From assembly GCA_964016885.1 (NCBI GenBank), contig OZ024750.1:37572001-37636000 (forward strand): a DNA stretch of 64,000 nt, in the 5' to 3' direction. Made by a program: the position numbers and the translations under genes. The notes under the pieces were generated by a model. The model ran no database searches and had not been told where the DNA came from. It saw only the letters and a program-made list of their open reading frames with translations. This document shows, piece after piece, positions 1 to 14,807 of the stretch (position 1 is the first letter of the stretch; each line of letters begins with the position of its first letter). The DNA comes from Eledone cirrhosa (lineage: Eukaryota).

Positions 1-1720
1 TATCGGCGATGTTACTCCCCATTACACCTTATCGGACATAACGTTTGGCGCCCCTGATGTCTTGGCGGCAATAAAGGAAATCAAGCATAATTCAGCAGTA
101 GGTCCCGATAGGTTCCCTGCTTGTGTCTTGAAGGCGTGTCAACACCAACTTGCATCTCCTCTTGCCAATCTGTGGCGGAACTCACTGGATGCTGGATATG
201 TGCCAGAAAACCTTCTATCCCAGTCTGTTGTCCCAGTTTTCAAAAAGGGAAACAAATCCCTTGCCGTGAATTACCGTCCAATCTCACTCACCTCTCATAT
301 CATTAAGGTATTTGAGCGAGTGGTGAGATCGCGAATGACCCACTTCCTTGAGAGTAACAATATGCTGAACTCCAACCAGCATGGATTCCGTAATGGAAGG
401 GATTGCCTGACGCAGCTACTGCATCACTTTGATGACATTTTGAGAGCCTTGGGAGAGGGTTCCAACACTGATGTTATCTACCTTGATTTCAGCAAGGCCT
501 TTGACAGGGTTGATCATAACATTCTACTGCGAAAGCTGTCCTATATTGGTGTCACTGGAAAGCTGCTGCAGTGGATCAAGAGCTTCCTGTCAAACAGAAC
601 CCAACATGTTGTAGTTGAGGGAGTCAAATCAAGCCCAGCCAAAGTCAGTAGTGGGGTCCCACAAGGCACTGTGTTGGGCCCACTTCTCTTCATCATCTAT
701 ATTAATGACATCACTGACATCATCAAACACAGCAACATTAAAATTTTCGCTGATGATTCCAAGCTCCAAAAGGTCATCAATGGCGTGGATGACCGGATAA
801 GCCTTCAGTCAGACTTACTGGCTGTTACCCAATGGGCAGAAAAGAACAACATGTTACTGAACGAAGACAAATTCGAACTGATCCACTTTGGAAAAGAGGA
901 TGCTCTGAAACTCCCGTACTCCCTTCCCTCCGGGGAAACTCTCGTGGCATCTAACAACATCAGAGACTTGGGAGTAACCGTGGACAACAACATAAGCTGG
1001 ACCACGCATATAAGCAGCAAAGTTGACATGGCCCGCAGAATGTGTTCCTGGATCCTCAGAACCTTCCAGTCGAGAGATTCCCGCACCATTATCCTTCTCT
1101 TCTCTACTTTCGCCCGACCACACCTTGAATACTGTTGTCCACTGTGGTCTCCCCACACGAAACAAAGTATCATGAAACTTGAAGCTCCTCAAAGGGCAAT
1201 CACGAAAAAGATAGATGGCATGTCAGACCTTGACTACTGGGGTCGATTAGAAAACCTGAAACTTTACTCACTCCAACGTCGCCGTGAGCGTTATATTATC
1301 TGCATGATGTGGAAAATGTTCCATCATCACTGCCCAAATGATGTTGGCATAGCCTTCAAGATACACCCAAGGCTTGGGCCCCGTGCTATCCGTCCCATTC
1401 AAAAATCTAAATCGCAACTCATAACAACAATACGGCACAATTATTTCACCTCAATCGGCCCTGCTCTCTTCAACATCACACCAGGACACGTCAAAACAGA
1501 AACTGACCACACAAAATTCAAGAAGTCTTTGGACAAATTCCTCCAAGTAATCCCGGACAAACCACCCACACCCGGATATGTCTCCGCAAACAGTAATTCT
1601 CTTCTCGAATGGGCCATGGTGCCCAAATCCTGAATTGAAAGACTTCGCCAGGTGGTGCTATTAAGTTAGATATGGCCTGGGCCAATACTGGCCAAAACAT
1701 TTCAAAGTTATTCAAAGTTA
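1..1720 (+). mobile_element. CR1-group non-LTR retrotransposon, 3' part (RT ORF runs off the window start; stop at 1633)
   Basis: ORF 62-1633 has NYRPISLTS, QHGFR, YLDFSKAFDRV, GVPQGTVLGP, FADD, RDLGV and HLEYCCPLWSPH...QRRRERY. Short 3' UTR ends in (TTCAAAGTTA)2 before (TA)n. Confidence 0.9.
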
Positions 1721-1783
1721 TATGTACATATATATATATATATATGTACATATATATATGTATATATATATATATGTATGTAC

Positions 1784-1848
<65 letters not shown>

Positions 1849-1899
1849 TGTACATATATATACATATATATATATATGTACATATATATATATATATAT

Positions 1900-2458
1900 G
1901 GTGGCTGCCAACTCGTTTTCGAGTACGGCCACTACTTTATATCCATGTAGGAGAACCCCTACTGATGCGTTGAACGAGTGTGACTTTTTAGTCCAGCCAG
2001 TGACTTGAAAACTCTGGTACAAACACGACACCTGTGACAATTATTGACACATAGGGCTTTGGCTTTGGTACCATGTGACGACAAGTGCAGAGAGATCTCC
2101 AGATATAAAGCAATGCCTGTGCCGTGAAACTTTTATAGTGAGCAAAGTCACTGCACAAAGCCAGTCCCACTCTCTTAACCAAGATGATATTTACCAAAAA
2201 GAAAAACAAGTCAACATCATTGGACACCATCAGGGTTGCAGGTGTTATATCAGAGTTTTCATTCTCCTAGAATTCTGCCTTGACAAAGGCTAAGGGGTCA
2301 TCTCTCCCAGTGATTTTGGATGGTCATTGACTCTTAAGACCTCCTTTGCCCTTTGACAGGTTTTGTTTTTAGTCCTACAGGATGTCCAAAGTCACCCTCC
2401 TCACCAAGAAACCTTGGTGGGGTTGCCAGTTTAGTCGCCAACACACCCGACCATAACC
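1900..2458 (-). mobile_element. Degraded 5' UTR fragment of an RTE-type LINE
   Basis: Minus strand has CTAGGAGAATGAAAACTCTGAT, resembling the RTE 5' UTR motif CTAGGAGAAGGAAAACTCTG. 2350-2442 aligns with 44372-44465. Confidence 0.55.
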
Positions 2459-2473
2459 ATATATATATATATA

Positions 2474-2563
<90 letters not shown>

Positions 2564-2613
2564 TATATATATATATATATATATGTACATACATATATAT
2601 ATATGTACATATA

Positions 2614-2820
2614 TTACTCTTTTACTCTTTTACCTGTTTCAGCCATCCGGCTGAGGCCATGCTGGGGCACCGCCCTTGTTGCTACACATTTTATCTCCAG
2701 CCTGTATAGGTTGGCCACTGGTGTAGGAGGGAGTTTGTTGCTGCTGCCCTTATGTTTCCCTCCTGTCTTGCTGTGGGCTCATCCGGGATCCTGGATAACA
2801 AGGTGTCGAGATGTTTCTTA
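2614..2820 (-). mobile_element. 3' end of a second CR1-group LINE
   Basis: Minus translation [16 protein letters not shown]...NSLLHQW resembles the C-terminus of ORF 62-1633 ([16 protein letters not shown]...NSLLEW). Tail GGCGGTGCCCCAGCATGGCC...(GTAAAAGA)n. Confidence 0.7.
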
Positions 2821-2844
2821 TATATATATGTACATATATATATA

Positions 2845-2892
<48 letters not shown>

Positions 2893-2896
<4 letters not shown>

Positions 2897-3520
2897 GATA
2901 AATCTACCAAGAGTTTACGGTAGTGTCCAATACGTATGAAGAACTCAATGTAATCCGGATATCATGGAAAGAAGAGATGCATTCAAAAATCACTTTCGGT
3001 GAAAGATAAACGGAATACAGAGTCAAGATAAAATATTTAAAAAAAAAAAAAAAAATGAATAAAACAATGAAACAGTTCCTTATATTAAACAAAAAAAGTT
3101 CATTATTTAACGATCGTTTCTAGGACATATATGTGTTAGAATTGGCATGCATATTCAACAGATCTATGTACAAAATTATACAAAATTATACAAACTATCA
3201 AATATAATATACATACCAACACATACATATGCCGTCTTCAGAAATAATGAAATATATTTATATATAATAACAACAATTCAAAATTACAGGTCGTTTGGGA
3301 ACAGAGTTCAAATTGACCAATGAAATACACAAAAATATATCAAGAAAATACAGTTAGGTGTGTGTATATATGTAAGTAACTTCGTTCACAGATATGCATA
3401 AAAATATATGTTCACATGCATACGCATGTCGAAAAAATGTATGTAAATACAAAAATTCAGGGCTAATGTCTCTGTATGTTTATAATCTACAGATAAAATA
3501 CACATACGTATATAAACATA
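2893..3520 (-). mobile_element. Penelope-like pseudo-LTR, family A, copy 1
   Basis: Near-identical to 14808-15400 (direct) and 18338-18755 (inverted). Contains a hammerhead motif. Confidence 0.85.
3099..3251 (-). ncRNA. Type I hammerhead ribozyme motif, family A
   Basis: Minus strand: TTCATTATTT-CTGAAGA-long stem II-GAAAC GATC GTT-AAATAATGAA. 10-bp stem I and palindromic stem III; stem II junction imperfect. Confidence 0.7.
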
Positions 3521-3527
3521 TATATAT

Positions 3528-6500
3528 ATTGATTTTTTAGGTTTTTCGAAATATATACTTCTGCATTAATCTTTTTACGTTTTTCTGATTTTCGAAATTT
3601 AAAAAAAACGTAAAATACTTTCTGGTTTTAATTTTGCAGATTAAATTTTTTTCGAAAAACCTAAAATAATCAGAAGTTTCGAAAAACGCAATTTGAAAAA
3701 CGCATATTAATTTTTTTTCGAAAACCTTATATAATCAATTTTTTTATACTTTTAGAAATATTTATATCTGATTTCGAAAATTGATTGTTTTAGGTTTTTT
3801 GAAAAAGAATCGATATGCTTTCATAAATTGATCTTTTTACATTTCAAAAAATGTAAAAATATGACTTTCACCAAACTTTCGAAATATTTACTTTTACTTT
3901 CTGATTTCGAAAATTGATTTTTTTAGGTTTTTCGAAATATATACTTCTGCATTAATCTTTTTACGTTTTTCTAATTTTCGAAATTTAAAAAAAACGTAAA
4001 ATATTAATGCTTTACGTTCTGGTTTCAAATTTTGCAGATTAAATTTTTTTCGAAAATCAGAAGTTTCGAAAAACGCAATTTGAAAAAGGCATATTAATTT
4101 TTTTTCGAAAACCTTATATAATCAATTTCGAAAACCTTATATAATCAATTTCGAAAATTGATTTTTTTTAGGTTTTTCGAAATATATACTTCTGCATTAA
4201 TCTTTTTACGTTTTTCTGATTTTCGAAATTTAAAAAAAAGTAAAAAATTAATGCTTTCGAAATATCTACTTTCTGGTTTCAAATTTTGCAGATTAAATTT
4301 TTTTCGAAAAACCTAATCAATTTCGAAAACCTTATAAAATCAATTTCGAAAATTGATTTTTTTTAGGTTTTTTGAAATATATTTTCCTTTTTTCTGATTT
4401 TCGAAATTTAAAAAAAATGTAAAAAATTAATGCTTTCGAAATATATACTTTCATGTTTCAAATTTTGCAGATTAAATTTTTTCGAAAAACCTAAATAATT
4501 AATTATATAAGGTTTTCGAAAAAAAATTAATATGCGTTTTTCAAATTGCGTTTTTCGAAACTTCTGATTAGAAGTTTCGAAAAACGCAATTTGAAAAGCG
4601 CATATTAATTTTTTTTCGAAAACCTTATATAATCAATTTTTTTATACTTTTAGAAATATTTATATCTGATTTCAAAAATTGATTGTTTTAGGTTTTTTGA
4701 AAAAGAATCGATACGCTTTCACAAATTGATCTGTGTACAGTATTTCAAAAAATGTAAAAATATGACTTTCACCAAACTTTCGAAATATTTACTTTTACTT
4801 TCTGATTTCGAAAATTGATTTTTTTAGGTTTTTCGAAATATATACTTCTGCATTTATCTTTTTACGTTTTTCTGATTTTCGAAGTTTAAAAAAAACGTAA
4901 AAAATTGTAAAAAATTAATGCTTTTTCAAATTTTTGTTTCAAATTTTGCAGAATAAATTTTTTTTGAAAAACCTAAAGTAATCAGAAGTTTCGAAAAACG
5001 CAATTTGAAATACGCATATTAATTTTTTTTCGAAAACCTTATATAATCAATTTTTTTATACTTTTAGAAATATTTATATCTGATTTAAAAAATTGATTTT
5101 TTTTAGGTTTTTTGAAAAAGAATCGATATGCTTTCACAAATTGATCTTTTTAATCAGAAGTTTCGAAAAACGCAATTTGAAAAAGGCATATTAATTTTTT
5201 TTCGAAAACCTTATATAATCAATTTCGAAAACCTTATATAATCAATTTCGAAAATTGATTTTTTTAGGTTTTTCGAAATCTGCATTAATCTTTTTCCTTT
5301 TTTCTGATTTTCGAAATTTAAAAAAAACGTAAAAAATTAATGCTTTCGAAATATTTACTTTCAAGGTTTCAAATTTTGCAGATTAAATTTTTTCGAAAAA
5401 CCTAAAAAATTAATTATATAAGGTTTTCGAAAAAAAATTAATATGCGTTTTTCAAATTGCGTTTTTCGAAATTTCTGATTAGAAGTTTCGAAAAACGCAA
5501 TTTGAAAAACGCATATTAATTTTTTTTCGAAAACCTTATATAATCAATTTTTTTATACTTTTAGAAATCTGATTTCAAAAATTGATTGTTTTTGAGGTTT
5601 TTTGAAAAAGAATCGATATGCTTTCACAAATTGATCTTTTTACACAGTATTTCAAAAAATGTAAAAATATAACTTTCACCAAACTTCCGAAATATTTACT
5701 TTTACTTTCTGATTTCGAAAATTGAATTTTTTAGGTTTTTCGAAATATATACTTCTGCGTTAATCTTTTTACGTTTTTCTAATTTTCGAAATTTAAAATA
5801 AAACGTAAAATATTAATGCTTTACTTTCTGGTTTCAAATTTTGCAGATTAAATGTTTTTCGAAAATCAGAAGTTTCGAAAAACGCAATTTGAAAAAGGCA
5901 TATTAATTTTTTTTCGAAAACCTTATATAATCAATTTTGAAAATTGATTTTTTTAGGGTTTTCGAAATATATACTTCTGCATTATTCTTTTTCCTTTTTT
6001 CTGATTTTCGAAATTAAATTAATGCTTTCGAATATTTACTTTCATGTTTCAAATTTTGCAGATTAAATTTTTTTCGAAAGACCTAAAAAATTAATTATAT
6101 AAGGTTTTCGAAAAAAAATTAATATGGGATTTTCAAATTGCGTTTTACGAAACTTCTCTTTAGGTTTTCGAAAAAGAATCGATATGCTTTCACAAATTGA
6201 TCAAAAAGATCAGTATTACACAGTATTTCAAAAATTTACCCAAACTTTCTGATTTCGAAAATTGAATTTTTTAGGTTTTTCGATATATATACTTCTACAT
6301 TAATCTTTTTACGTTTTTCTGATTTTCGAAATTTAAAAAAAACGTAAAATACTTTCTGGTTTCAAATTTTGCAGATTAAATTTTTTTCGAAAACCTAAAA
6401 TAATCAGAAGTTTCGAAAAACGCAAATTGAAAAACGCATATTAATTTTTTTTCGAAAACCTTATATAATCAATTTTTTTATACTTTTAGAAATATTTATA

Positions 6501-9500
6501 TCTGATTTCGAAAATTGATTGTTTTAGGTTTTTTTAAAAAGAATCGATATGCTTTCATAAATTGATCTTTTTACATTTCAAAAAATTTAAAAATATGACT
6601 TTCACCAAACTTTCGAAATATTTACTTTTACTTTCTGATTTCGAAAATTGAATTTTTTAGGTTTTTCGAAATATATACTTCTGCATTAATCCTTTTACGT
6701 TTTTCTGATTTTCAAAATTTAAAAAAAACGTAAAAAATTAATGCTTTACTTTCTTGGTTTCAAATTTTGCAGATTAAATTTTTTTTGAAAAACCTAAAGT
6801 AATCAGAAGTTTCGAAAAACGTAATTTGAAATACGCATATTCATTTTTTTTCGAAAACCTTATATAATCAATTTCGAAAACCTTATATAATCAATTTCGA
6901 AAATTGATTTTTTTTAGGTTTTTCGAAATATATACTTCTGCATTAATCTTTTTCCTTTTTTCTGATTTTTGAAATTAAAAAAAAACGTAAAAAATTAATG
7001 CTTTCGAAATATCTACTTTCATGTTTCAAATTTTGCAGATTGAATTTTTTTCGAAAAACCTAAAAAAATAATTATATAAGGTTTTCGAAAAAAAATTAAT
7101 ATGCGTTTTTCAAATTGCGTTTTTCGAAATTTCTGATTAGAAGTTTCGAAAAACGCAATTTGAAAAAGGCATATTAATTTTTTTTCGAAAACCTTATATA
7201 ATCAATTTCGAAAACCTTATATAATCAATTTCGAAAATTGATTTTTTTTAGGTTTTTCGAAATATATACTTCTGCATTAATCTTTTTCCTTTTTTCTGAT
7301 TTTCGAAATTTAAAATAAACGTAAAAAATTAATGCTTTCGAATATTTACTTTCATGTTTCAAACTTTGCAGATTAAATTTTTTTCGAAAGACCTAAAAAA
7401 TTAATTATATAAGGTTTTCGAAAAAAAATTAATATGGGTTTTTCAAATTGCGTTTTACGAAACTTCTTTTTAGGTTTTCGAAAAAGAATCGATATGCTTT
7501 CACAAATTGATCAAAAAGATCAGTATTACACAGTATTTCAAAAATTTCACCAAACTTTCGAAATATTTACTTTTACTTTCTGATTTGGAAAATTGAATTT
7601 TTTAGGTTTTCCGAAATATATACTTCTGCATTAATCTTTTTACGTCTTTCTGATTTTCGAAATTTAAAAAAAACGTAAAATACTTTCTGGTTTCAAAGTT
7701 TGCAGATTAAATTTTTTTCGAAAAACCTAAAATAATCAGAAGTTTCGAAAAACGCAATTTGAAAAACGCATATTAATTTTTTTTCGAAAACCTTATATAA
7801 TCAATTTTTTTATACTTTTAGAAATATTTATATCTGATTTCGAAAATTTAGGTTTTTTGAAAAAGAATCGATATGCTTTCATAAATTGTTCTTTTTACAT
7901 TTCAAAAAATGTAAAAATATGACTTTCACCAAACTTTCGAAATATTTAATTTTACTTTCTGATTTCGAAAATTGAATTTTTTAGGTTTTTCGAAATATAT
8001 ACTTCTGCATTAAACTTTTTACGTTTTTCTGATTTTCGAAATTTTAAAATAAAGTAAAAAATTAATGCTTTCGAAATATCTACTTTCTGGTTTCAAATTT
8101 TGCAGATTAAATTTTTTTCGAAAAACCTAATCAATTTTGAAAACCTTATATAATCAATTTCGAAAATTGATTTTTTTAGGTTTTTTGAAATATATTTTCC
8201 TTTTTTCTGATTTTCGAAATTTAATTAATTTTTTACGTTTTTTTTAAATTTCGAAAACCTTATATAATTAATTTTTTTTCGAAAACCTTTTATAATCAAT
8301 TTTTTAATACTTTTAGAAATATTTATATCTGATTTCAAAAATTGATTGTTTTAGGTTTTTCGAAATATATACTTCTGCATTAATCTTTTTACGTTTTTCT
8401 GATTTTCGAAATTTAAAAGTAAAGTAAAATATTAATGGTTTCGAAATATCTACTTTCTGGTTTCAAATTTTGCAGATTAAATTTTTTTCGAAAAACCTAA
8501 TCAATTTTGAAAACCTTATATAATCAATTTCGAAAATTGATTTTTTTAGGTTTTTTGAAATATATTTTCCTTTTTTCTGATTTTCGAAATTTAAAAAAAA
8601 CGTAAAAAATTAATTGTTTCTACTTTTGGCACAAGGCCAGCAATTACCCAGTGCATTACTTGTACTTTATTTTATCGACCCCGTAAGGATGAAAGGCAAA
8701 GTCAACCTCGGCGGGATTTGAACTCAGATCGTAAAGGGACGTAACTATGCTGGAAAGCATGGCGTCCGACCCTCTACCGATACTGCCAATCCACCGCCCT
8801 TAAAAACGTAAAAAATTAATGCTTTCGAAATATATACTTTCATGTTTCAAATTTTGCAGATTAAATTTTTTCGAAAAACCTAAAAAATTAATTATATAAG
8901 GTTTTCGAAAAAAATTAATATGCGTTTTTCAAATTGCGTTTTTCGAAACTTCTGATTAGAAGTTTCGAAAAACGCAATTTGAAAAGCGCATATTAATTTT
9001 TTTTCGAAAACCTTATATAATCAATTTTTTTATACTTTTAGAAATATTTATATCTGATTTCAAAAATTGATTGTTTTAGGTTTTTTGAAAAAGAATGGAT
9101 ACGCTTTCACAAATTGATCTAGGTTTTTTGAAAAAGAATCGATATGCTTTCACAAATTGATCTTTTTACACAGTATTTCAAAAAATGTAAAAATATGACT
9201 TTCACCAAACTTTCGAAATATTTACTTTTACTTTCTGAAAAACGTAAAAAGATAAATGCAGAAGTATATATTTCGAAAAACCTAAAAAAATCAATTTTCG
9301 AAATCAGAAAGTAAAAGTAAATATTTCGAAAGTTTGGTGAAAGTCATATTTTTACATTTTTTGAAATACTGTACACAGATCAATTTGTGAAAGCGTATCG
9401 ATTCTTTTTCAAAAAAACCTAAAACAATCCATTTTTGAAATCAGATATAAATATTTCTAAAAGTATAAAAAAATTGATTATATAAGGTTTTCGAAAAAAA

Positions 9501-12500
9501 ATTAATATGCGCTTTTCAAATTGCGTTTTTCGAAACTTCTAATCAGAAGTTTCGAAAAACGCAATTTGAAAAACGCATATTAATTTTTTTTCGAAAACCT
9601 TATATAATCAATTTCGAAAACCTTATATAATCAATTTCGAAAATTGATTTTTTTTAGGTTTTTCGAAATATATACTTCTGCATTAATCTTTTTACGTTTT
9701 TCTGATTTTCGAAAATTAAAAAAAACGTAAAATATTAATGCTTTACTTTCTTGGTTTCAAATTTTGCAGATTCAATTTTTTTCGAAAAACCTAAAGTAAT
9801 CAGAAGTTTCGAAAAACACAATTTGAAATACGCATATTAATTTTTTTTCGAAAACCTTATTTAGAAATATTTATATCTGAAATTGATTCTTTTAGGTTTT
9901 TTGAAAAATGCTTTCACAAATTGATCTTTTTATACAGTATTTCAAAAAATGTAAAGATATGACTTTCACCAAACTTTCGAAATATTTACTTTTACTTTCT
10001 GATTTCGAGAATTTTTTAGGTTTTTCTGCATTAATCTTTTAACGTTTTTCTGATTTTCGAAATTTAAAAAAAACGTAAAAAAGTAATGCTTTCGAGATAT
10101 TTTCTTTCTGGTTTCAAATTTTGCAGATTAAATTTTTTTCGAAAAACCTAAAATAATCAGAAGTTTCGAAAAACGCAATTTGAAAAAGGCATATTAATTT
10201 TTTTCCGAAAACCTTATATAATCAATTTCGAAAACCTTGATTATTTTAGGTTTTTCGAAATATATACTTCTGCATTAATCTTTTTCCTTTTTTCTGATTT
10301 TCGAAATTTAAAAAAAACGTAAGAAATTAATGCTTTCGAAATATATACTGTCATGTTTCAAATTTTGCAGATTAAATTTTTTCGAAAAACCTAAAAAATT
10401 AATTATATAAGGTTTTCGACACGTTGAATAATATTTGAAAAATACAAAATATATATCAATTTTCGAAATCAGAAAGTATATATTTCGAAAGAAAAAAAAT
10501 CAATCTTTTTTGAAAAAAAAACAATTTTTCGAAATACTGTGTAAAATGATCAATTTGTGAAAAACCTAAAATAATCAATTTTTTTATACTTTTCGAAATA
10601 TTTACTGCGGATTTCTAAAATTGATTTTTTTAGGTTTTACACAGTATTTGGAAAAAATGCGTTTATACATTGTTTCGACACGTTGAAAAATTTTTGAAAA
10701 ATACAAAATATATATCAATTTTCGAAATCAGAAAGTATATATTTCGAAAGAAAAAAAATCAATCTTTTTTGAAAAAAAACAATTTTTCGAAATACTGTGT
10801 AAAATGATCAATTTGTGAAAAACCTAAAATAATCAATTTGTTTATACTTTTCGAAATATTTACTTCTGATTTCTAAAATTGATTTTTTTTAGGTTTTTCA
10901 CATCATTTTACACATTATTTGGAAAAAATGCGTTTATACATTATGTTTCGACACGTTGAAAAATTTTTGAAAAATACAAAATATATATCAATTTTCGAAA
11001 TCAGAAAGTATATATTTCGAAAAAAAAATCAATCTTTTTTGAAAAAAAACAATTTTTCGAAATACTGTGTAAAATGATCAATTTGTGAAAAACCTAAAAT
11101 AATCCATTTTTTTATACTTTTCGAAATATTTACTTCTGATTTCTAAAAAAATTTTTAGGTTTTTCACAAATTGATCATTTTACACAGTATTTAGAAAAAA
11201 TATTTTTTTCAAAAAAATGCGTTTATGCATTGTTTCGACACGTTGAAAAATTTTTGAAAAATACAAAATATATATCAATTTTCGAAATCAGAATGTATAT
11301 ATTTCGAAAGAAAAAAAATCAATCTTTTTTGAAAAAAAACAATTTTTCGAAATACTGTGTAAAATGATCAATTTGTGAAAAATCTAAAATAATCAATTTT
11401 TTTATACTTTTCGAAATATTTACTTCTGATTTCTAAAATTGATTTTTTTAGGTTTTTCACAAATTGATCATTTTACACAGTATTTCGAAAAAATGTTTTT
11501 TTTCAAAAAAATGCGTTTATACATTGTATTTCAACACGTTGAAACATTTTTGAAAAATACAAAATATATATCAATTTTCGAAATCAGAAAGTATATATTT
11601 CGAAAGAAAAAAAATCAATCTTTTTTGAAAAAAAACAATTTTTCGAAATACTGTGTAAAATGATCAATTTGTGAAAAACCTAAAATAATCAATTTTTTTA
11701 TACTTTTCGAAATATTTACTTCTGATTTCTAAAATTGATTTTTTTAGGTTTTTCACAAATTGATCATTTTACACAGTATTTCGAAAGCATTAATTTTTTA
11801 CGTTTTTTTTAAATTTCGAAAATCAGAAAAAAGGAAAAAGATTAATGCAGAAGTATATATTTCGAAAAACCTAAAAAAAAATCAATTTTCGAAATTGATT
11901 ATATAAGGTTTTCGAAATTGATTATATCAGGTTTTCGAAAAAAAATTAATATGCCTTTTTCAAATTGCGTTTTTCGAAACTTCTAATCAGAAATTTCGAA
12001 AAACGCAATTTGAAAAACGCATATTAATTTCTTTTCGAAAACCTTATATAATTAATTTTTTAGGTTTTTCGAAAAAATTTAATCTGCAAAATTTGAAACA
12101 TGAAATTAAATATTTCGAAAGCCTTAATTTTTTACGTTTTTTTTAAATTTCGAAAATCAGAAAAAAGGAAAAAGATTAATGCAGAAGTATATATTTAGAA
12201 AAACCTTATATAATCAATTTTTTTATACTTTTAGAAATATTTATATCTGATTTCAAAAATTGATTGTTTTAGGTTTTTTGAAAAAGAATCGATACACTTT
12301 CACAAATTGATCTGTGTACAGTATTTCAAAAAATGTAAAAATATGACTTTCACCAAACTTTCGAAATATTTACTTTTACTTTCTGATTTCGAAAATTGAA
12401 TTTTTTAGGTTTTTCGAAATATATACTTCTGCATCTATCTTTTTACGTTTTTCTGATTTTCGAAATTTAAAAAAAACGTAAAAAATTAATGCTTTCGAAT

Positions 12501-14326
12501 ATTTACTTTCATGTTTCAAATTTTGCAGATTAAATTTTTTTCGTAAGACCTAAAAAATTAATTATATAAGGTTTTCGAAAAAAAATTAATATGGGTTTTT
12601 CAAATTGCGTTTTACGAAACTTCTTTTTAGGTTTTCGAAAAAGAATCGATATGCTTTCACAAATTGATCAAAAAGATCAGTATTATACAGTATTTCAAAA
12701 ATTTCAACAAACTTTCGAAATATTTACTTTTACTTTCTGATTTGGAAAATTGAATTTTTTAGGTTTTCCGAAATATATACTTCTGCATTAATCTTTTTAC
12801 GTTTTTCTGATTTTCGAAATTTAAAAAAAACGTAAAATACTTTCTGGTTTCAATTTTTGCAGATTAAATTTTTTTCGAAAAACCTAAAATAATCAGAAGT
12901 TTCGAAAAACGCAATTTGAAAAAGGCATATTAATTTTTTTTCGAAAACCTTATATAATCAATTTCGAAAATTGATTTTTTTAGGTTTTTCGAAATATATA
13001 CTTCTGCATTAATCTTTTTATGTTTTTCTGATTTTCGAAATTTAAAAATAAAGTAAAAAATTAATGCTTTCGAAATATCTACTTTCTGGTTTCAAATTTT
13101 GCAGATTAAATTTTTTTCGAAAAACCTAATCAATATCGAAAACCTTATATAATCAATTTCGAAAATTGCGTTTTTCGAAACTTCTGATTAGAAGTTTCGA
13201 AAAACGCAATTTGAAAAGCGCATATTAATTTTTTTTCGAAAACCTTATATAATCAATTTTTTTATACTTTTAGAAATATTTATATCTGATTTCAAAAATT
13301 GATTGTTTAGGTTTTTTGAAAAAGAATCGATACGCTTTCACAAATTGATCTAGGTTTTTTGAAAAAGAATCGATATGCTTTCACAAATTGATCTTTTTAC
13401 ACAGTATTTCAAAAAATGTAAAAATATGACTTTCACCAAACTTTCGAAATATTTACTTTTACTTTCTGATTTGGAAAATTGATTTTATTAGGTTTTTTGA
13501 AAAATGCTTTCACAAATTGATCTTTTTACGCAGTATTTCAAAAAATGTAAAAATATGACTTTCACCAAACTTTCGAAATATTTACTTTTACTTTCTGATT
13601 TCGAGAATTTTTTAGGTTTTTCTGCATTAATCTTTTAACGTTTTTCTGATTTTCGAAATTTAAAAAAAACGTAAAAAATTAATATGCGTTTTTCAAATTG
13701 CGTTTTTCGAAAAACGCAATTTGAAAAACGCATATTAATTTTTTTTCGAAAACCTTATATAATCAATTTTTTTATACTTTTAGAAATATTTATATCTGAT
13801 TTATATCTGATTTCGAAAATTGATTGATTTAGGTTTTTTGAAAAAGAATCGATATGCTTTCATAAATTGATCTTTTTACATTTCAAAAAATGTAAAAATA
13901 TGACTTTCACCAAACTTTCGAAATATTTACTTTTACTTTCTGATTTCGAAAATTGAATTTTTTAGGTTTTTCGAAATATATACTTCTGCATTAATCTTTT
14001 TACGTTTTTCTGATTTTCGAAATTTAAAAAAAACGTAAAAAATGAATGCTTTCTAAATATTTACTTTCTGGTTTCAAATTTTGCAGATTAAATTTTTTTC
14101 GAAAAACCTAAAAAAATCAGAAGTTTCGAAAAACGCAATTTGAAAAACGCATATTAATTTTTTTTCGAAAACCTTATATAATCAATTTTTTTATACTTTT
14201 AGAAATATTTATATCTGATTTCAAAAATTGATTGTTTTAGGTTTTTTGAAAAAGAATCGATATGCTTTCACAAATTGATCTTTTTACACAGTATTTCAAA
14301 AAATGTAAAAATATGACTTTCACCAA
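3528..14326. repeat. ~10.8-kb complex AT-rich satellite of shuffled modules rich in TTCGAA, with internal inversions
   Basis: Recurring modules on both strands, e.g. TTCGAAAAACGCAATTTGAAAAACGCATATTAA and TTTTAGGTTTTTCGAAATATATACTTCTGCATTAATC. A distinct sub-array of roughly 260-310-bp units lies at ~10420-11780. Confidence 0.95.
8615..8800 (-). mobile_element. tRNA-headed SINE with Meta-type central domain, inserted in the satellite
   Basis: A box TGGCAGTATCGG, B box GAGTTCAAATCC, core GCCTTTCATCCTTACGGGGTCGATAAAATAAAGTAC. TSD AAAAACGTAAAAAATTAAT at 8596-8614 and 8802-8820. Confidence 0.85.
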
Positions 14327-14613
14327 TAGCGTAGAATCAAGGTCCTTTTTAAAGATAGATTTATACTTCTTAAATTTGAGGTGTTTAATTAAATTAAAAA
14401 GGACTTTCTCAAAGTCTATAAGTAGAGAGTTGTGTGGTGGATTCTTGTAAGTAGTGAAATCATACATATATTTACTATCTGCATATTTAGATTTTTTATC
14501 GAAGTGATAAATTGGTTAGTTTTCTGTAAGAAGTCATCCTTAGAAGGTATTGGTATATTCTTTAAAGAAGTTCCCAAGTATTGTTTTTCCATTGTGATAT
14601 GGATAATGGACAA
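14327..14613 (-). pseudogene. N-terminal fragment of a Penelope ORF (frameshifted), cut by the satellite
   Basis: TSLKNIPIPSKDDFLQK and KNPPHNSLLIDFEKVLFNLIKHLKF resemble the Penelope N-terminus. Confidence 0.7.
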
Positions 14614-14807
14614 GAGAAAGAGCTCAACTAAATGTATATCTATCTATCTATCTAAGGCGGGTAAAATTCCCGAGATCCATGTGGCCATGTAGGGGCTCCC
14701 AAAGGTGTTATAAAATCATACATATATATGTATATACATAAATATAAAATTAACACACATATACAATACAAAAATAAGAATATTTCCGTGAAAATAGGTG
14801 CAAATTA

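Larger units (their letters stand above)
1721..2893. repeat. (TA)n microsatellite tracts with TGTACA interruptions (1721-1899, 2460-2612, 2820-2893)
   Basis: Direct reading. Confidence 0.95.
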
